This document shows, in pieces, positions 29,062 to 39,300 of a stretch of DNA of 64,000 bases. The stretch's first letter is position 1. Each line of letters begins with the position of its first letter. A program made the translations under genes and the position numbers. Below the pieces are notes generated by a model. The model worked only from the letters and a program-made list of their open reading frames with translations, made no database searches and was not told the DNA's origin. Source of the stretch: Myxococcota bacterium (lineage in GTDB: Bacteria > Myxococcota_A > UBA796 > CAJQPC01); assembly GCA_036012755.1 (NCBI GenBank), contig DASCPX010000190.1:32001-96000 (forward strand). Reading direction: 5' to 3'.

Positions 29062-30794
29062 CGCGACCTCAGCTCATGAGTCTCGGCGTCGTCGAGCGAC
29101 AGCGACTCCGGGTCGATGACCACGCCGTAGTGCTCGCGGGCAGCCTCCACCGAGATGATGCCGTCGAGCACCTCCTGGTGGACACGGGCAGCGGGCCGCA
29201 GTCGCGGGTCCCCGTAGCCGCCTCCGCCTCCGGCCTCCTGCACGTACAGCGTGTCCTTCGGGATGCCGGTCAGCAGATCCTTGCTGGTGGGCACGAGCAG
29301 GCTGCCGTCGGGCAGGTGGAGCTCGATCGAATTCAGCGTGCCCTCCCCACCCCCGTAGAGCCCGAAGGCCGGCTCGACGTCCCCGTCTCCGAAGGTGACG
29401 ATCTGGGTGTCGTCGCTGCCCACGAGGTAGCGGGTCTTGACCCCGAGGCCGCCCCGGAACTGGCCCGGGCCCGCCGAGTCCTGCAGGTACTCGTGCTCGA
29501 GCAGCCGGTGGGGCGTCATCTGCTCGAACATCTCGTAGTCCTGGTCCAAGATGCCGCCGGAGGCGTCGATCATGCCGATGTGGTCGTAGCCGTCGGTGTC
29601 GTCGGTGGCGCCGCTGCCACCCTTGAGCCCCATGAAGAGGATGTCGACGTAGGCGTCGTCTCGGTGGGGGTGGTGACCCGTGGAGAGCGAGCAGAGCAGG
29701 TTGTTCCACCCGGCGGTGACCCGGTGGGGGATGACCGGCGCCAGCGCTCGGATGATGGCGTCGGCGTTGGGCGGACAGAGGTGGTTCCCGAAGGTCGTCG
29801 CGGCCGGGTAGGCGGCGTTGAGGATGGTGCCCTCCGGGATGATCATCTCGATGGGCTGGACCATGCCGTCGTTGTGGGGGATGTCCGGGTTCACCATCTG
29901 GAGAAAGGTCAGGATCGTCGCGGAGGCCGACGAGGTGAAGGTGCCGTTGACGAAGCCGTTGGTCTGGCCGTCCGTGTCGCTGTAGTCGAAGGTGATGCGC
30001 TCGTCCTCGACCCGCACCTCGACCCGGATCGTGTACTCGGAGCCAGGGTTCTTGCCGTCGAAGTAGACCTTGCCCTCGCCCCGGTAGCTGCCGTTGGGGA
30101 TGCTCCGGATCTCGGCCTGCATCATCTTGCGAGCCGCAGTGAACAGCGCCAGCTTGTGGGACTCGAAGACCTCGAGCCCGTACTTGTCGATCAGCGAGAT
30201 CAGGCGTCGCTCGCCGACCGTGCAGGCACCGATCTCGGCCCGCATGTCCTCTTGCACGATGTCCAGGCGGATGTTGGCGAAGATGAGGTCCCAGACGTCC
30301 TCGCGCAGCTCTCCGCGCTCGTAGACCTTCACCGCGGGGATGCGCAGAGCCTCCTGCCAGACCTCTGTGGCGTTGGGGTTGTAGCCCCCACGCACGTTGC
30401 CGCCGATGTCGGCCATGTGGCCCTTCGCCGCCGACCAGCCCACCAGGGTGTCGCCGCGGAATATGGGCTTGAAGCAGGCGACGTCGTTGTTCTGGTTGCC
30501 CAGCGTGAAGACGTCGTTGTGGAAGAAGACGTCTCCCGGGTAGATGCGGCCGGCGAACTTCTTCGCGATGAACTGGCAGACCGGGGACAGGGAGAAGCTC
30601 AGGATGGGCAGGTTCTCGGTCTGCTCCAGCATGCGGCCTTCGGCGTCGTAGAGCCCGGTCACGAAGTCCTTTGCTTCGCAGAGGATCGGCGAGCGGGTCG
30701 TCTTCTGCATCGTCAGGCTCATCTCGTCGGTGATGGCCTTCAGGGCTCGACCCAGGATGGCGACGAGGATCTTGTCGATGACGGGCTCAGGCAT
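29058..30794 (-). CDS. Hydantoinase B/oxoprolinase-family subunit (IaaE-like)
   Basis: RSPIL.EAKDF, GHMADIGG, DSAGPGQFRGG, GGGGGYGDP. Confidence 0.93.
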   Translation of the reverse strand: MPEPVIDKILVAILGRALKAITDEMSLTMQKTTRSPILCEAKDFVTGLYDAEGRMLEQTENLPILSFSLSPVCQFIAKKFAGRIYPGDVFFHNDVFTLGNQNNDVACFKPIFRGDTLVGWSAAKGHMADIGGNVRGGYNPNATEVWQEALRIPAVKVYERGELREDVWDLIFANIRLDIVQEDMRAEIGACTVGERRLISLIDKYGLEVFESHKLALFTAARKMMQAEIRSIPNGSYRGEGKVYFDGKNPGSEYTIRVEVRVEDERITFDYSDTDGQTNGFVNGTFTSSASATILTFLQMVNPDIPHNDGMVQPIEMIIPEGTILNAAYPAATTFGNHLCPPNADAIIRALAPVIPHRVTAGWNNLLCSLSTGHHPHRDDAYVDILFMGLKGGSGATDDTDGYDHIGMIDASGGILDQDYEMFEQMTPHRLLEHEYLQDSAGPGQFRGGLGVKTRYLVGSDDTQIVTFGDGDVEPAFGLYGGGEGTLNSIELHLPDGSLLVPTSKDLLTGIPKDTLYVQEAGGGGGYGDPRLRPAARVHQEVLDGIISVEAAREHYGVVIDPESLSLDDAETHELRSR

Positions 30795-32865
30795 GGTCCG
30801 CCTCCCGGAGTGTGAGCACCACGCTGCCGAGGGTATCGACCCGGGCGTCGTAGGCGGCGCTGACGAAGATGGTGGTGTCGACCCGCTCGATGAGAGCCGG
30901 CCCTTCCAGGGCGTTGCCTGCCTTCAGGGCGTGACCGTCGTAGACCGGCACTGGCTCGAAGGCAGAGCGCTCGGGCACCCAGGCTCGGCGGCGGGTCTTC
31001 AGGGCCGAGCTGGCGTCCGGGCCCCCTCGTGACAGCCGAGGCAGGTCGATTCGCTGGGTGCGACCGATGCAGCGCACGCGCAGGTTGATGAGCTCCAGCG
31101 GCGTGCCGGCGTCGGCGAGGTCGTAGCCGTAGAGGCGGTCGTGGGCGGCATGGAAGGCCCCGGCCATCGCCGCAGTGTCCCCCGCCGCGAGCGCCTGCCG
31201 AGCGATGCCGACGGAGACCTCGTGGTACTGCTTGAGGTAGCGCACGTCCAGGCTCACCTGGTGCTCGATCTGCTCGGCGCCTTCGAGCCGGAGCTGGGCC
31301 TCTCCTTCTGCGGCGAGCTCCTCGACCATGCCGGCGAGCACGCCCGGCTCGAAGCCCTCGAGGGGGCCCACGCAGGAGCGCACGAAGTCGTGCTGCAGGT
31401 CGGACAGCAACATGCCGGTGGCGCACAACGTCGAGGCCGTGCGCGGCACGATGAGGGTGGGGATCTCGAGCTCGGCGGCGATGGCGCAGGCGTGGAGCGC
31501 GCCGGCCCCGCCAGCCACGACCATCGGGAACTCCCGGGGGTCGAGGCCGCGCTTGATGGTGATCTCGCGCACGCCGTGGGCCATGTTCGAGTTGATGACG
31601 GCGTACATGCCGGCGGCGGCCTGCTCGACGTCGAGGCCGAGGGGGTCGGCCACGTGCTCGGCGATGGCGGCGCGGGCTTTGTCCACGTCCAGGGGCAGCT
31701 TGCCGCCGGCGAACCAGGCGGGGTCGAGGTAGCCGAGCACGAGGTCGGCGTCGGTGCAGGCGGGGCGCGTGCCACCGCGGCCGTAGCAGGCCGGTCCTGG
31801 CAGGGCTCCGGCAGACTCCGGGCCCATGCGCATGAGGCCGCCGGCGTCGATCCAGCCGACAGAGCCTCCACCAGCGCCGATGGTGGCGATCTCGAGCATC
31901 GGCAGGGCGATGCGCAGGCGGTCGATCTGACCTTCGCTGCTCAGGGAGGCGGCGCCGTCGCGCACCAGCGAGGCGTCGAAGCTCGTGCCGCCCATGTCCA
32001 CCAGCAGGCAGTCGTCGTGTCCCAGGGCCGAGGCGTACGCGGCGGCGGCTCGGGGGCCGGCGGCAGGGCCGCTCAGCAAGGTGGTGGCTGGGCGGGAGCG
32101 CACGACCTCTGGCAGGGCGACGCCCCCGTTGGACTGCATGATCAAGAGCACGCCGCCGAAGCCGGTCTCCTGGAGGCGGGCCGAGAGGTTCTCGAGGTAG
32201 TCCCGCAGGACCGGGCCGATGTAGGCGTTCAGGGCGGTGGTGGAGACGCGCTCGTAGAAGCGGATCGTCGGCAGGATCTCCGAGGACACGCTGAGCCACA
32301 CATCGGGCAGCTCCTCTCTCAGGAGCTCGGCCACCGCGCGCTCGTGAGCGTCGCTGGCGTAGGCGTGCATGAAGCAGATGGCGATGGCGTCCACGCCCTG
32401 GTCCCGGAAGGTGGCGGCGGCCTCCCTCACCTGCTCGAGCGAGACGGCCTCGATCTCCTCGCCGCGGAAGTCCAGGCGGCCATCGACGGCCAGGCGCCGC
32501 CTGCGAGGAACCAGCGGCACGACGTTGGTGGTGCGGTTGTCGTACTGGCGCTCTCGGATGCCGCGCCGCATCTCCAGGGCGTCACGCACCCCCCGGGTGG
32601 TGAGCAGCCCCGTGCGAGCGCCTCCACGGGTGAGGGTGGCGTTGGTGGTCACGGTCGTGCCGTGGACGACCTGGCTGGCGCGACCGACGAACTCCTCGGT
32701 GCTCAGCCCCTTCGACTCCGCCATGGTGCGGATGCCCTCGAGCACGCCACGAGAGGGATCCCGCGGGGTGGAGAGCACCTTGAAGGTCTCGGCGCCGTCC
32801 TCGGGCGACCACAGGAAGAGGTCGGTGAAGGTGCCGCCGACATCGATGCCGATTCGAAAACTCAC
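30787..32865 (-). CDS. Hydantoinase A/oxoprolinase-family ATP-binding subunit (IaaC-like)
   Basis: GIDVGGTFTD, HGTTVTTN, SGPAAG, DMGGTSFD, IGAGGGS, GPESAGALPGPACYGRGG. Confidence 0.95.
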   Translation of the reverse strand: MSFRIGIDVGGTFTDLFLWSPEDGAETFKVLSTPRDPSRGVLEGIRTMAESKGLSTEEFVGRASQVVHGTTVTTNATLTRGGARTGLLTTRGVRDALEMRRGIRERQYDNRTTNVVPLVPRRRRLAVDGRLDFRGEEIEAVSLEQVREAAATFRDQGVDAIAICFMHAYASDAHERAVAELLREELPDVWLSVSSEILPTIRFYERVSTTALNAYIGPVLRDYLENLSARLQETGFGGVLLIMQSNGGVALPEVVRSRPATTLLSGPAAGPRAAAAYASALGHDDCLLVDMGGTSFDASLVRDGAASLSSEGQIDRLRIALPMLEIATIGAGGGSVGWIDAGGLMRMGPESAGALPGPACYGRGGTRPACTDADLVLGYLDPAWFAGGKLPLDVDKARAAIAEHVADPLGLDVEQAAAGMYAVINSNMAHGVREITIKRGLDPREFPMVVAGGAGALHACAIAAELEIPTLIVPRTASTLCATGMLLSDLQHDFVRSCVGPLEGFEPGVLAGMVEELAAEGEAQLRLEGAEQIEHQVSLDVRYLKQYHEVSVGIARQALAAGDTAAMAGAFHAAHDRLYGYDLADAGTPLELINLRVRCIGRTQRIDLPRLSRGGPDASSALKTRRRAWVPERSAFEPVPVYDGHALKAGNALEGPALIERVDTTIFVSAAYDARVDTLGSVVLTLREADHA

Positions 32866-33166
32866 GCTGTTGCCCTCGGGTTCGACCGTCGCTCAGGCGA
32901 CCCGCGCTCGGCCTGGAGACGCAGCCAGTGCCCGAGGGGGAGCCAGGACGCGCAGGCCCCGTATCAGGCTGGGGGCCTCTCTTCGACCAGGATCCTGAGG
33001 TTGAACTCGAGCACGAGACGCCTCATCGGCATGGCGGGCGCGGGCGCGGGCACGCCGTGCACCGGTCAGGGACTGTCCGACCCCACGGGCGTCGGTGGAT
33101 CAACACGGCCTTCGATCTTGCAGGAGCGCGGTCGTACAAGTCCGCGCGGCAAGGAAACGCCGACGC

Positions 33167-34086
33167 TCAAGGGTGATCGAGCTGGCCCATACCGTTGTCA
33201 CCCCAGCACTCGATCTGACCCTCCGAGTCGAGCGCGCAGCCGAACCATACCCCTGGATGGACGTCGAGCCATGAGCCAGTGGTGGGGGTGTCCGTAACCT
33301 GCCCGTAGTCGCTGTCGTCAGCGCGGTCGTAGCCCCAACAGCGGAGCTCGGCGTCTGTCGTCACGCCACAGGAGTGCGCGGTGGCCAAGGCCACCTGCTG
33401 GAACCGGGCGTCGGGGGGTTCTGACTGGCCGTAGTCGTTCCTCCCCCAGCACTCGAGGCTGCCGTCCGCCGACATCCCGCAGGCGTGGCGCCAGCCGGCG
33501 GCGACATTCACGAAGGGTCCCGCCGGCATGTCCGTCACCTGGCCATAGTCGCTGGACGAGCCATTCTGTTGCCCCCAGCAGGTCGGAGCGCCGCTCGCGT
33601 CGAGCACGCAGCAGACCGTCTCACCGCAGCTCACCAGCTCGTAGGTTCCGGTCGGATGGCCGGCGACGAGGTTTTGGTTGTTGTCGCCCCAGCAGACCAA
33701 CCCGCCGGCAGGCGTGAGCCCACAGGCGTGGTGGCGTCCGGCGCTGATGGACGTGAGCTCGATGTCGGGCGTGTCGCTCACGCTGCCCTGATAGTCCAGG
33801 CCCCAGCAGGCGGGCGTGCCGTCGGACTGGAGGCCGCAGGCGTGGCCGCCACCCACGGCGATGGCCATGAACCTCACCTCCGGAGGGGTGTAGTCCTCGT
33901 CGTAGGCGTAGCCCCAGCAGTGGGCCTGGCCCTCGGTGTCGAGCGCGCAGGCGAAGGCGTCGTTCGCCCCGACGTCGACGAAGCGCAGCACGTCGGTGTC
34001 GGTGTCGGTGTCGGTGTCGTGTCGCCCTTCGAGCACCCCAGGCCCGCGACGAGCAAGCAACCCATTGTGAGTGATGTGAGCGCCAT
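33167..34086 (-). pseudogene. RCC1/BLIP-II-like beta-propeller lipoprotein with a 1-nt frameshift in a (GACACC)n tract
   Basis: ATG 34086 gives MALTSLTMGCLLVAGLGCSKGD; the other frame gives DTDTDTDTDV followed by about 7 repeats of G..HACGL...G...CWG. Confidence 0.8.
33995..34023 (-). repeat. Hexamer microsatellite (GACACC)4 plus one truncated 5-nt unit (Asp-Thr linker)
   Basis: + strand GGTGTC x4 (33995-34018) followed by GTGTC. Confidence 0.9.
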
Positions 34087-35444
34087 CAGACGGTCGTCCA
34101 GGTGCCGCTCGAGTTGAGCGCGACCCAGCTGCTCCCGCTCGTCCCGACGACGCCGAGGACCTGCCCCTTCGTGCTCTCGGTGCACTCTGCGTACCCGGCA
34201 CCGCCGGAGACATCGTCCCCGACCTGGATCGTGTCGCCGGAGGCGCACTGGACCTTCAGGTTCTCGGCCACCACGCGCAGGAAGGTGTACGTGGTCCCGA
34301 TGGACGCCGCTGGCAGGTTGATCGTCAAGGCGCCGGTAGCGATCCCGTTGGTGAGCACCTTGCCCAGGTCGCCCGTGCCGATGGAGTAGGGCGAGCTGCC
34401 GCCGACGTCCTCGACCCGCGCGAGGGTGTTTCCCACCGGGTTCCCGTCGCCAGACCCGGGAAGGCTGCTGCCAAAGCGCAGCCGTCCGTCGTCGTCGACG
34501 AAGAAGTAGTGATCGGTGCCCGACTCGTCCTGGAGCTGGAGGCAGCCGCGCAGCGCCGCGGTGGGGCTCACCGCCTGGACCACGCCGCGCCGATTGACAC
34601 CCACGTCGCCTACCGTCAGCGTGGCGCTGTCGGGAGTGAAGTTCAGCAGGAGCAGCTCGTTGCCCCCGGTGAACCAGGTGTGCGTGCCTGCCTCGTCCGC
34701 CCGGTAGGTGAGCCCGCCCCCGGAGTCACGGATGCCGAAGGCGTGTCCTGACTGTTCGAGATCGACCCAGACCCGACGGTCTCCCCCGAGCGCCGTGCGC
34801 AGGATGAGATCGGTGCCTGTGGGATACATGCGCATCCAACCGGCGGTGGGGTCGCAGTCGAGGGTGAGCCGGTCACCCGCTCCGAGGGCCAGGACGAGGA
34901 TGTCGTCCGCCGTCGGCTTGTGGTTGCGGATTCGGACTCGGCCGTTCGCCGCGTTCAGGCCCAGGGTCGGGCTGGCCCAGAGCTCCAGTGTCTCTCTCGA
35001 CTCCGTGAAGCCCTTCGGCGCGCGGATGACGCCCTGGAGAACGCCGGCGCTGATGAAGCGCAGCAGCTCCCGATCTACCGCGCCGACTGGCGACGGGACC
35101 TCGATCTTCATGACCTCGCAGTCGACGCGGTAGGCGTCGCTGGAGCTCGTGGTGACCTTCACCTGGCCGGGGTCGTACTCCCAGGTGACGTCCGCGCCGC
35201 CGTTGAAGTCGAACTCCACGGCAGTGCCGGAGCTGAGCCTGGACCTCAGCGTGAGCTTGTCGGCCAACAGCTTCATGTCGTCGCTGGCAGCCGGCGCGCT
35301 GAGCATCACCTCGCCAGTCTCCGTGATCCGGAAGCGGTTGATCGGCGAGCCGCCGTTGTCGTCCTGCACAGTGAACTGGCCGCTGGTAGTGCTGCCTGAG
35401 TTCAGCTTGATGTGGAAGCTCGGGGCCCCATCAATGGTCGACAT
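34086..35444 (-). CDS. Hypothetical beta-rich protein resembling a phage tail fibre/structural protein
   Basis: 452 aa, Gly/Ser/Thr-rich, no signal peptide; RFRITETGEV, YFFVDDDGRLRF, C-terminal LTINLPAASIGTTYTF..GTWT. Confidence 0.55.
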   Translation of the reverse strand: MSTIDGAPSFHIKLNSGSTTSGQFTVQDDNGGSPINRFRITETGEVMLSAPAASDDMKLLADKLTLRSRLSSGTAVEFDFNGGADVTWEYDPGQVKVTTSSSDAYRVDCEVMKIEVPSPVGAVDRELLRFISAGVLQGVIRAPKGFTESRETLELWASPTLGLNAANGRVRIRNHKPTADDILVLALGAGDRLTLDCDPTAGWMRMYPTGTDLILRTALGGDRRVWVDLEQSGHAFGIRDSGGGLTYRADEAGTHTWFTGGNELLLLNFTPDSATLTVGDVGVNRRGVVQAVSPTAALRGCLQLQDESGTDHYFFVDDDGRLRFGSSLPGSGDGNPVGNTLARVEDVGGSSPYSIGTGDLGKVLTNGIATGALTINLPAASIGTTYTFLRVVAENLKVQCASGDTIQVGDDVSGGAGYAECTESTKGQVLGVVGTSGSSWVALNSSGTWTTV

Positions 35445-35673
35445 GATGGTCTCCCGACTCGGGCAGGATGAGGCCTCGGGCGAGATCGAGCTCGAAGGTC
35501 CCGGTGACGCCGAGCCGACGACAGGTCGCGGTCAGGTCGGTCTGGAAGGCTTGCTGCGCGATCTGGGCGCGGGCTGCCGCCAGCTCCCACTCGGCGCGAA
35601 GTCGGCCGAGGCGCTCGATGTCGATGGGTTCGAGGACCACGGGCTCCGCCGCTGACTGTTCTTCTCCGGGCAT
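35431..35673 (-). CDS. Small helical hypothetical protein (80 aa)
   Basis: ATG 35673; amphipathic helix LRAEWELAAARAQIAQQAFQ; overlaps the next gene. Confidence 0.6.
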   Translation of the reverse strand: MPGEEQSAAEPVVLEPIDIERLGRLRAEWELAAARAQIAQQAFQTDLTATCRRLGVTGTFELDLARGLILPESGDHHVDH

Positions 35674-35800
35674 GCTGCCCCCCACCCGAGCCTCCTGTGG
35701 CCACCCCCAATGGCAACCCCCCTTGCTTGGTGAATGCAAGCTACCGCGATCTTCTCGACCACTCGTCGCCGTCACCAATCCTGCGGTCACCGTGGAGACC

Positions 35801-36370
35801 TCACCGCTGGGTCGTCTTCCGTCCCGCCTCGAAGACCCGCCGGTTCGACTCCCGGTGCGCGCCGAAGGCCTCGAGAGCGCCCACGATGGCCTCGGCCCCG
35901 AATGGGAGCCAGCCCCGATCCGCCAGGACGCCCAACAACGCCACGTTCAGGCCGCGAGAGCCGCCGGCCAAGGCCGGGCCGTCGACCACGACGAGCTCCG
36001 CGATCTGTGGGCGGAGCTCTTCGAAGAAGCCCTCGATGTCCGGATAGTCCCTGCCGCTCTGGGCCAGGGAGCTGGGCGCGATGCGGCCCGAGCTCACCAC
36101 CACCCGGCTCCCGGCGTGCAGGCTGTCGCGGCAGCGCATCAGCTCCAGGGGCTCCAGGGCGATGACGACGTCCGCCCCGCGACCGGGCAGGAAAGCCCCC
36201 TGCCCCGGCCCGAGGAGCACGGTTCCCCGCACGCTCCCGCCTCGCTGGGACATGCCGTGGAGCTGGCCCAGGCGCACCGGCAGGCCCGCGGCGTGGGCGG
36301 CCTCGCCGAGGATGCGCGCAGCGGTCAGGGTGCCCTGGCCCCCGACACCCACCAGGAGCACGCCGATCAC
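35801..36370 (-). CDS. iorB: Indolepyruvate oxidoreductase beta subunit
   Basis: GTG start coupled to iorA; GVGGQG, HGMSQRGGSV, ALEPLE, NVALLG, NRRVFEAG. Confidence 0.92.
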   Translation of the reverse strand: MIGVLLVGVGGQGTLTAARILGEAAHAAGLPVRLGQLHGMSQRGGSVRGTVLLGPGQGAFLPGRGADVVIALEPLELMRCRDSLHAGSRVVVSSGRIAPSSLAQSGRDYPDIEGFFEELRPQIAELVVVDGPALAGGSRGLNVALLGVLADRGWLPFGAEAIVGALEAFGAHRESNRRVFEAGRKTTQR

Positions 36371-39300
36371 GAGGCGCCGTCCTCGACGCGGAAGATGGCG
36401 CCGTTGGGGCAGAAGTCCGCGCAGACACCGCAGCCCACGCAGATGGCCGGGTCGATGGCGATGACCCCTGCCTCGACGACGAAGGCGGGGCAGCCGAAGG
36501 TGTCGACGCAGGCCCGGCAGATCCCACAGCTCCCGCAGAGCATGCAGCGCTGGGCCTCGGCCCTGGCGCTGGCTTCGTCCACCACCTTCCCCCGGGGCAG
36601 GGCCTCTGCCCCCGAGAGCTGCAGTTCGCTGAGCCGGGTCCATGCTCCTGACAGCGGCGGCGGCGCTCGACGGTCGGCAGCCTCCTTGCCGCGCAGCTGG
36701 ACGTCGATGCCCCAGGCGGCCCGCTGGCCCTCGGCCATGGCCTGGGTGACCGTGCGCGGACCGGGCACCATGTCGCCAGCAGCGAAGAGATGCGGGTGGC
36801 TGGTCCGGCCCGTGTTCGGGTCCACCGACACGCAGCCGTCGTCCATCACCAGGTCCTGGCCGAAGTCCTGGAGCTGTTGTCCGACAGCGGTGACGACCAG
36901 GCTGCAAGGCAGGACCTGGCCACCCTCCAGCACCAGCCCCTCGGGACAGAGCCCCACCGAGCGCCGGCCCGGCATCATCACCACGCCCTCCTCACGGGCA
37001 GCCTCCACCTCGTGGAAGCGCGCGGTGAGCTCGGGCTGGAGCTCTACGACCGTGACCTTGTCGGCCCCTCGGCGCAGAGCCGTGCGAGCGACGTCCATGC
37101 CGGCGTTGCCCCCGCCGATGACGACCACCTCGCCCTCGATCTCGCCGCCCCCTCGCAAGAACGCGAGGCTCTCAGCCCGCTCCGGACCCGAGCCGGGCAG
37201 CTCCAGCTCCACCGGCCGGTAGGCACCCAGGGCGATGAAGACCGCGTCGTGCTCGCCGAGCAGGTCGGACAGGGACAGGTCCACCCCAAGCTCGCGCCCA
37301 CCCTCGAAGCGCACGCCGAGGGCCAGCACGCGCTGGATGTCTCGCTCGAGGGCCTCCAGCGGCAGGCGGAAGCGAGGAATGCCCGTCCGCAGCAGGCCGC
37401 CGGGCTCTGCTTCCCGGTCGAACAAGGTGACCTCGTAGCCGCGGAGACGCAGCTCGTGAGCCGCCGACAGACCCGCCGGCCCGGCTCCGACCACCGCCAC
37501 CGCCGCGCCGTGGGGGTCCTCGACCGAGGGCTGGTAGTCGGGCTGCCCCTGAGCCCAGTCCATCAGGAAGTGCTTGAGATCGTTCACCGCGACGGGATCG
37601 TCACCCCGCAGACAAGCGGCCTCGCAGGGTCGATCACAGATGCGACAGACCGAGTCCGGCAGCGCCGTGCGGCTCATGACCAACTCCAGCGCCAGGTCGT
37701 AGTCCCCAGAGGCGATGTAGCTGGCGTAGCCCTGGATGCAGAGCCCCAGCGGACACAGCTCCGCGCATGGAGACACCCCCAGGGCGTCGATGTTGCGCTC
37801 CAGCTCCAGGCTGCGGTTTCGCACCATGTTGCGCTGGGTGGACTGCCTGGGCCCGTGGCCACACTCCATGCCACAGCCCGAGCGCCCGCAGCTGCTGCAG
37901 CGAGCCGGATCGATGGCGAAGGTGCCGCCGTGCACGGGCTGGCCCGTCGCGCGCTCCATGTGGACCGGGCAGGGGCTCTCAGCCACCAGCACGCTCGTCC
38001 CGCTGGCGTCCTTGGCCCGCTGGAAGGCAGCCATGGCCTGCTGGAGGTCCATGGGGTCGAAGGTCTCGACGTGCCGGGCCCCGAGGGCACGGGCCACCCC
38101 GGCGATGTCCACCTTGCGATCTTCCGGGACCAGCGGATCGATGCCCGGGCTCTCTTGGAAGCCCGTCATGGCCGTGACCTGGTTGTCGAGGATGACCGCG
38201 ACGACGTCCGCGTCCTCCTTGATGGCGTCGAGCAAGGGCGGCATGCCGGCGTGGAAGAAGGTGCCGTCCCCCATGAAGCCGATGGTGCGCTTGTTCTCCA
38301 CGCGAGCCACACCCGCCGCCAGGCTGAAGCCCGCGCCCATGCAGATCAGCGCGTCCCCGGCGCCGAGGGGAGGCGCGGCGCCCAGCGTGTAGCAGCCGAT
38401 GTCGTTGAAGGCGAGGTGGTCGTCACCGAAGACGGACCGAGCCGCCAAGAAGGTCGAGCGATGAGGACAGGCCGCGCAGAGCACGGGCGGACGGAGCGGG
38501 ACGGGCTCCGGGGTGACCGGGTCTTTGGGGGGCTCTCCTCGACCCAGAGCCGCGTGCAGCCCACCCTGGATGACGGCGGGGACGTACTCGAACTCCTCGG
38601 GCAGGTGTCCGCTGCGCTTTCCGAGGATCTCCACCTCGACGCCGTGCAGGGAGACCAGCGCCAACAGCGCGTCCTCGACGAAGGGAGAGAGCTCCTCGAC
38701 CACCAGGACCCGGTCCACATCCCGAGCCAGCTGCAGCAGAGCCTGCTCCGGCAGGGGGAACACGCAGGGCAGGCGGGCATGGACGACATCCCCGATGTCC
38801 TGCTCCGCCAGCAGATCCGCCGTCGTGGCAGAGGGCACCCCCGCCGACAGGACCGCATCGCGCCCCTCACCCTCGCGGCAGAAGAGCTGCTCGGAGATGG
38901 CCCGTGCCACCTCCAGGCGCTCTCTGACCTCCACGCGCAGCCGCCTGGCGTGAGCGGGGATCGGGATGAAGCGGGAGGGGTCGCGACGGAAACCTCGGAC
39001 CTTCGGGCGGCGCAGCGAGCCCAGCTCGACCGGGGCCCGGCAGTGGGCCACCCGGGTCGTGATGCGCAGCAGCACCGGGAGCTTGCTGCGCTCGGAGAGC
39101 TCGAAGGCCAGCCGGCTGAGCTCCAGGGCCTCCGCCGGGGTGGAGGGATCCAGCACCGGCACGTGCAGCATCCGGCCCAGGTGGCGCTGGTCCTGCTCGT
39201 TGGGGCTCGTGAGACAGGAGGGATCCCCGGCGGAGACCACCACCATGCCCGCCTCTACCCCCATGTAGGGGATGGTGGACATCGGGTCCCCGGCGACCAT

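Noticed and set aside
29058..32865. Acetone/acetophenone carboxylase
   Set aside because: No gamma or other subunits nearby; the context fits a lactam hydrolase
32866..33166. Cobalamin or Moco riboswitch ahead of the hydantoinase-mutase genes
   Set aside because: A GAGCCAGGA-like word occurs only on the wrong strand, and the other core elements were not found; an Rfam/Infernal scan would settle it
33167..35673. Intact prophage or contractile injection system
   Set aside because: No integrase, capsid, terminase, sheath, tube or baseplate genes in the window
35711..35727. Sigma54 promoter TGGCA..TTGC
   Set aside because: GG-GC spacing is 11 rather than 10, and it faces away from the local genes
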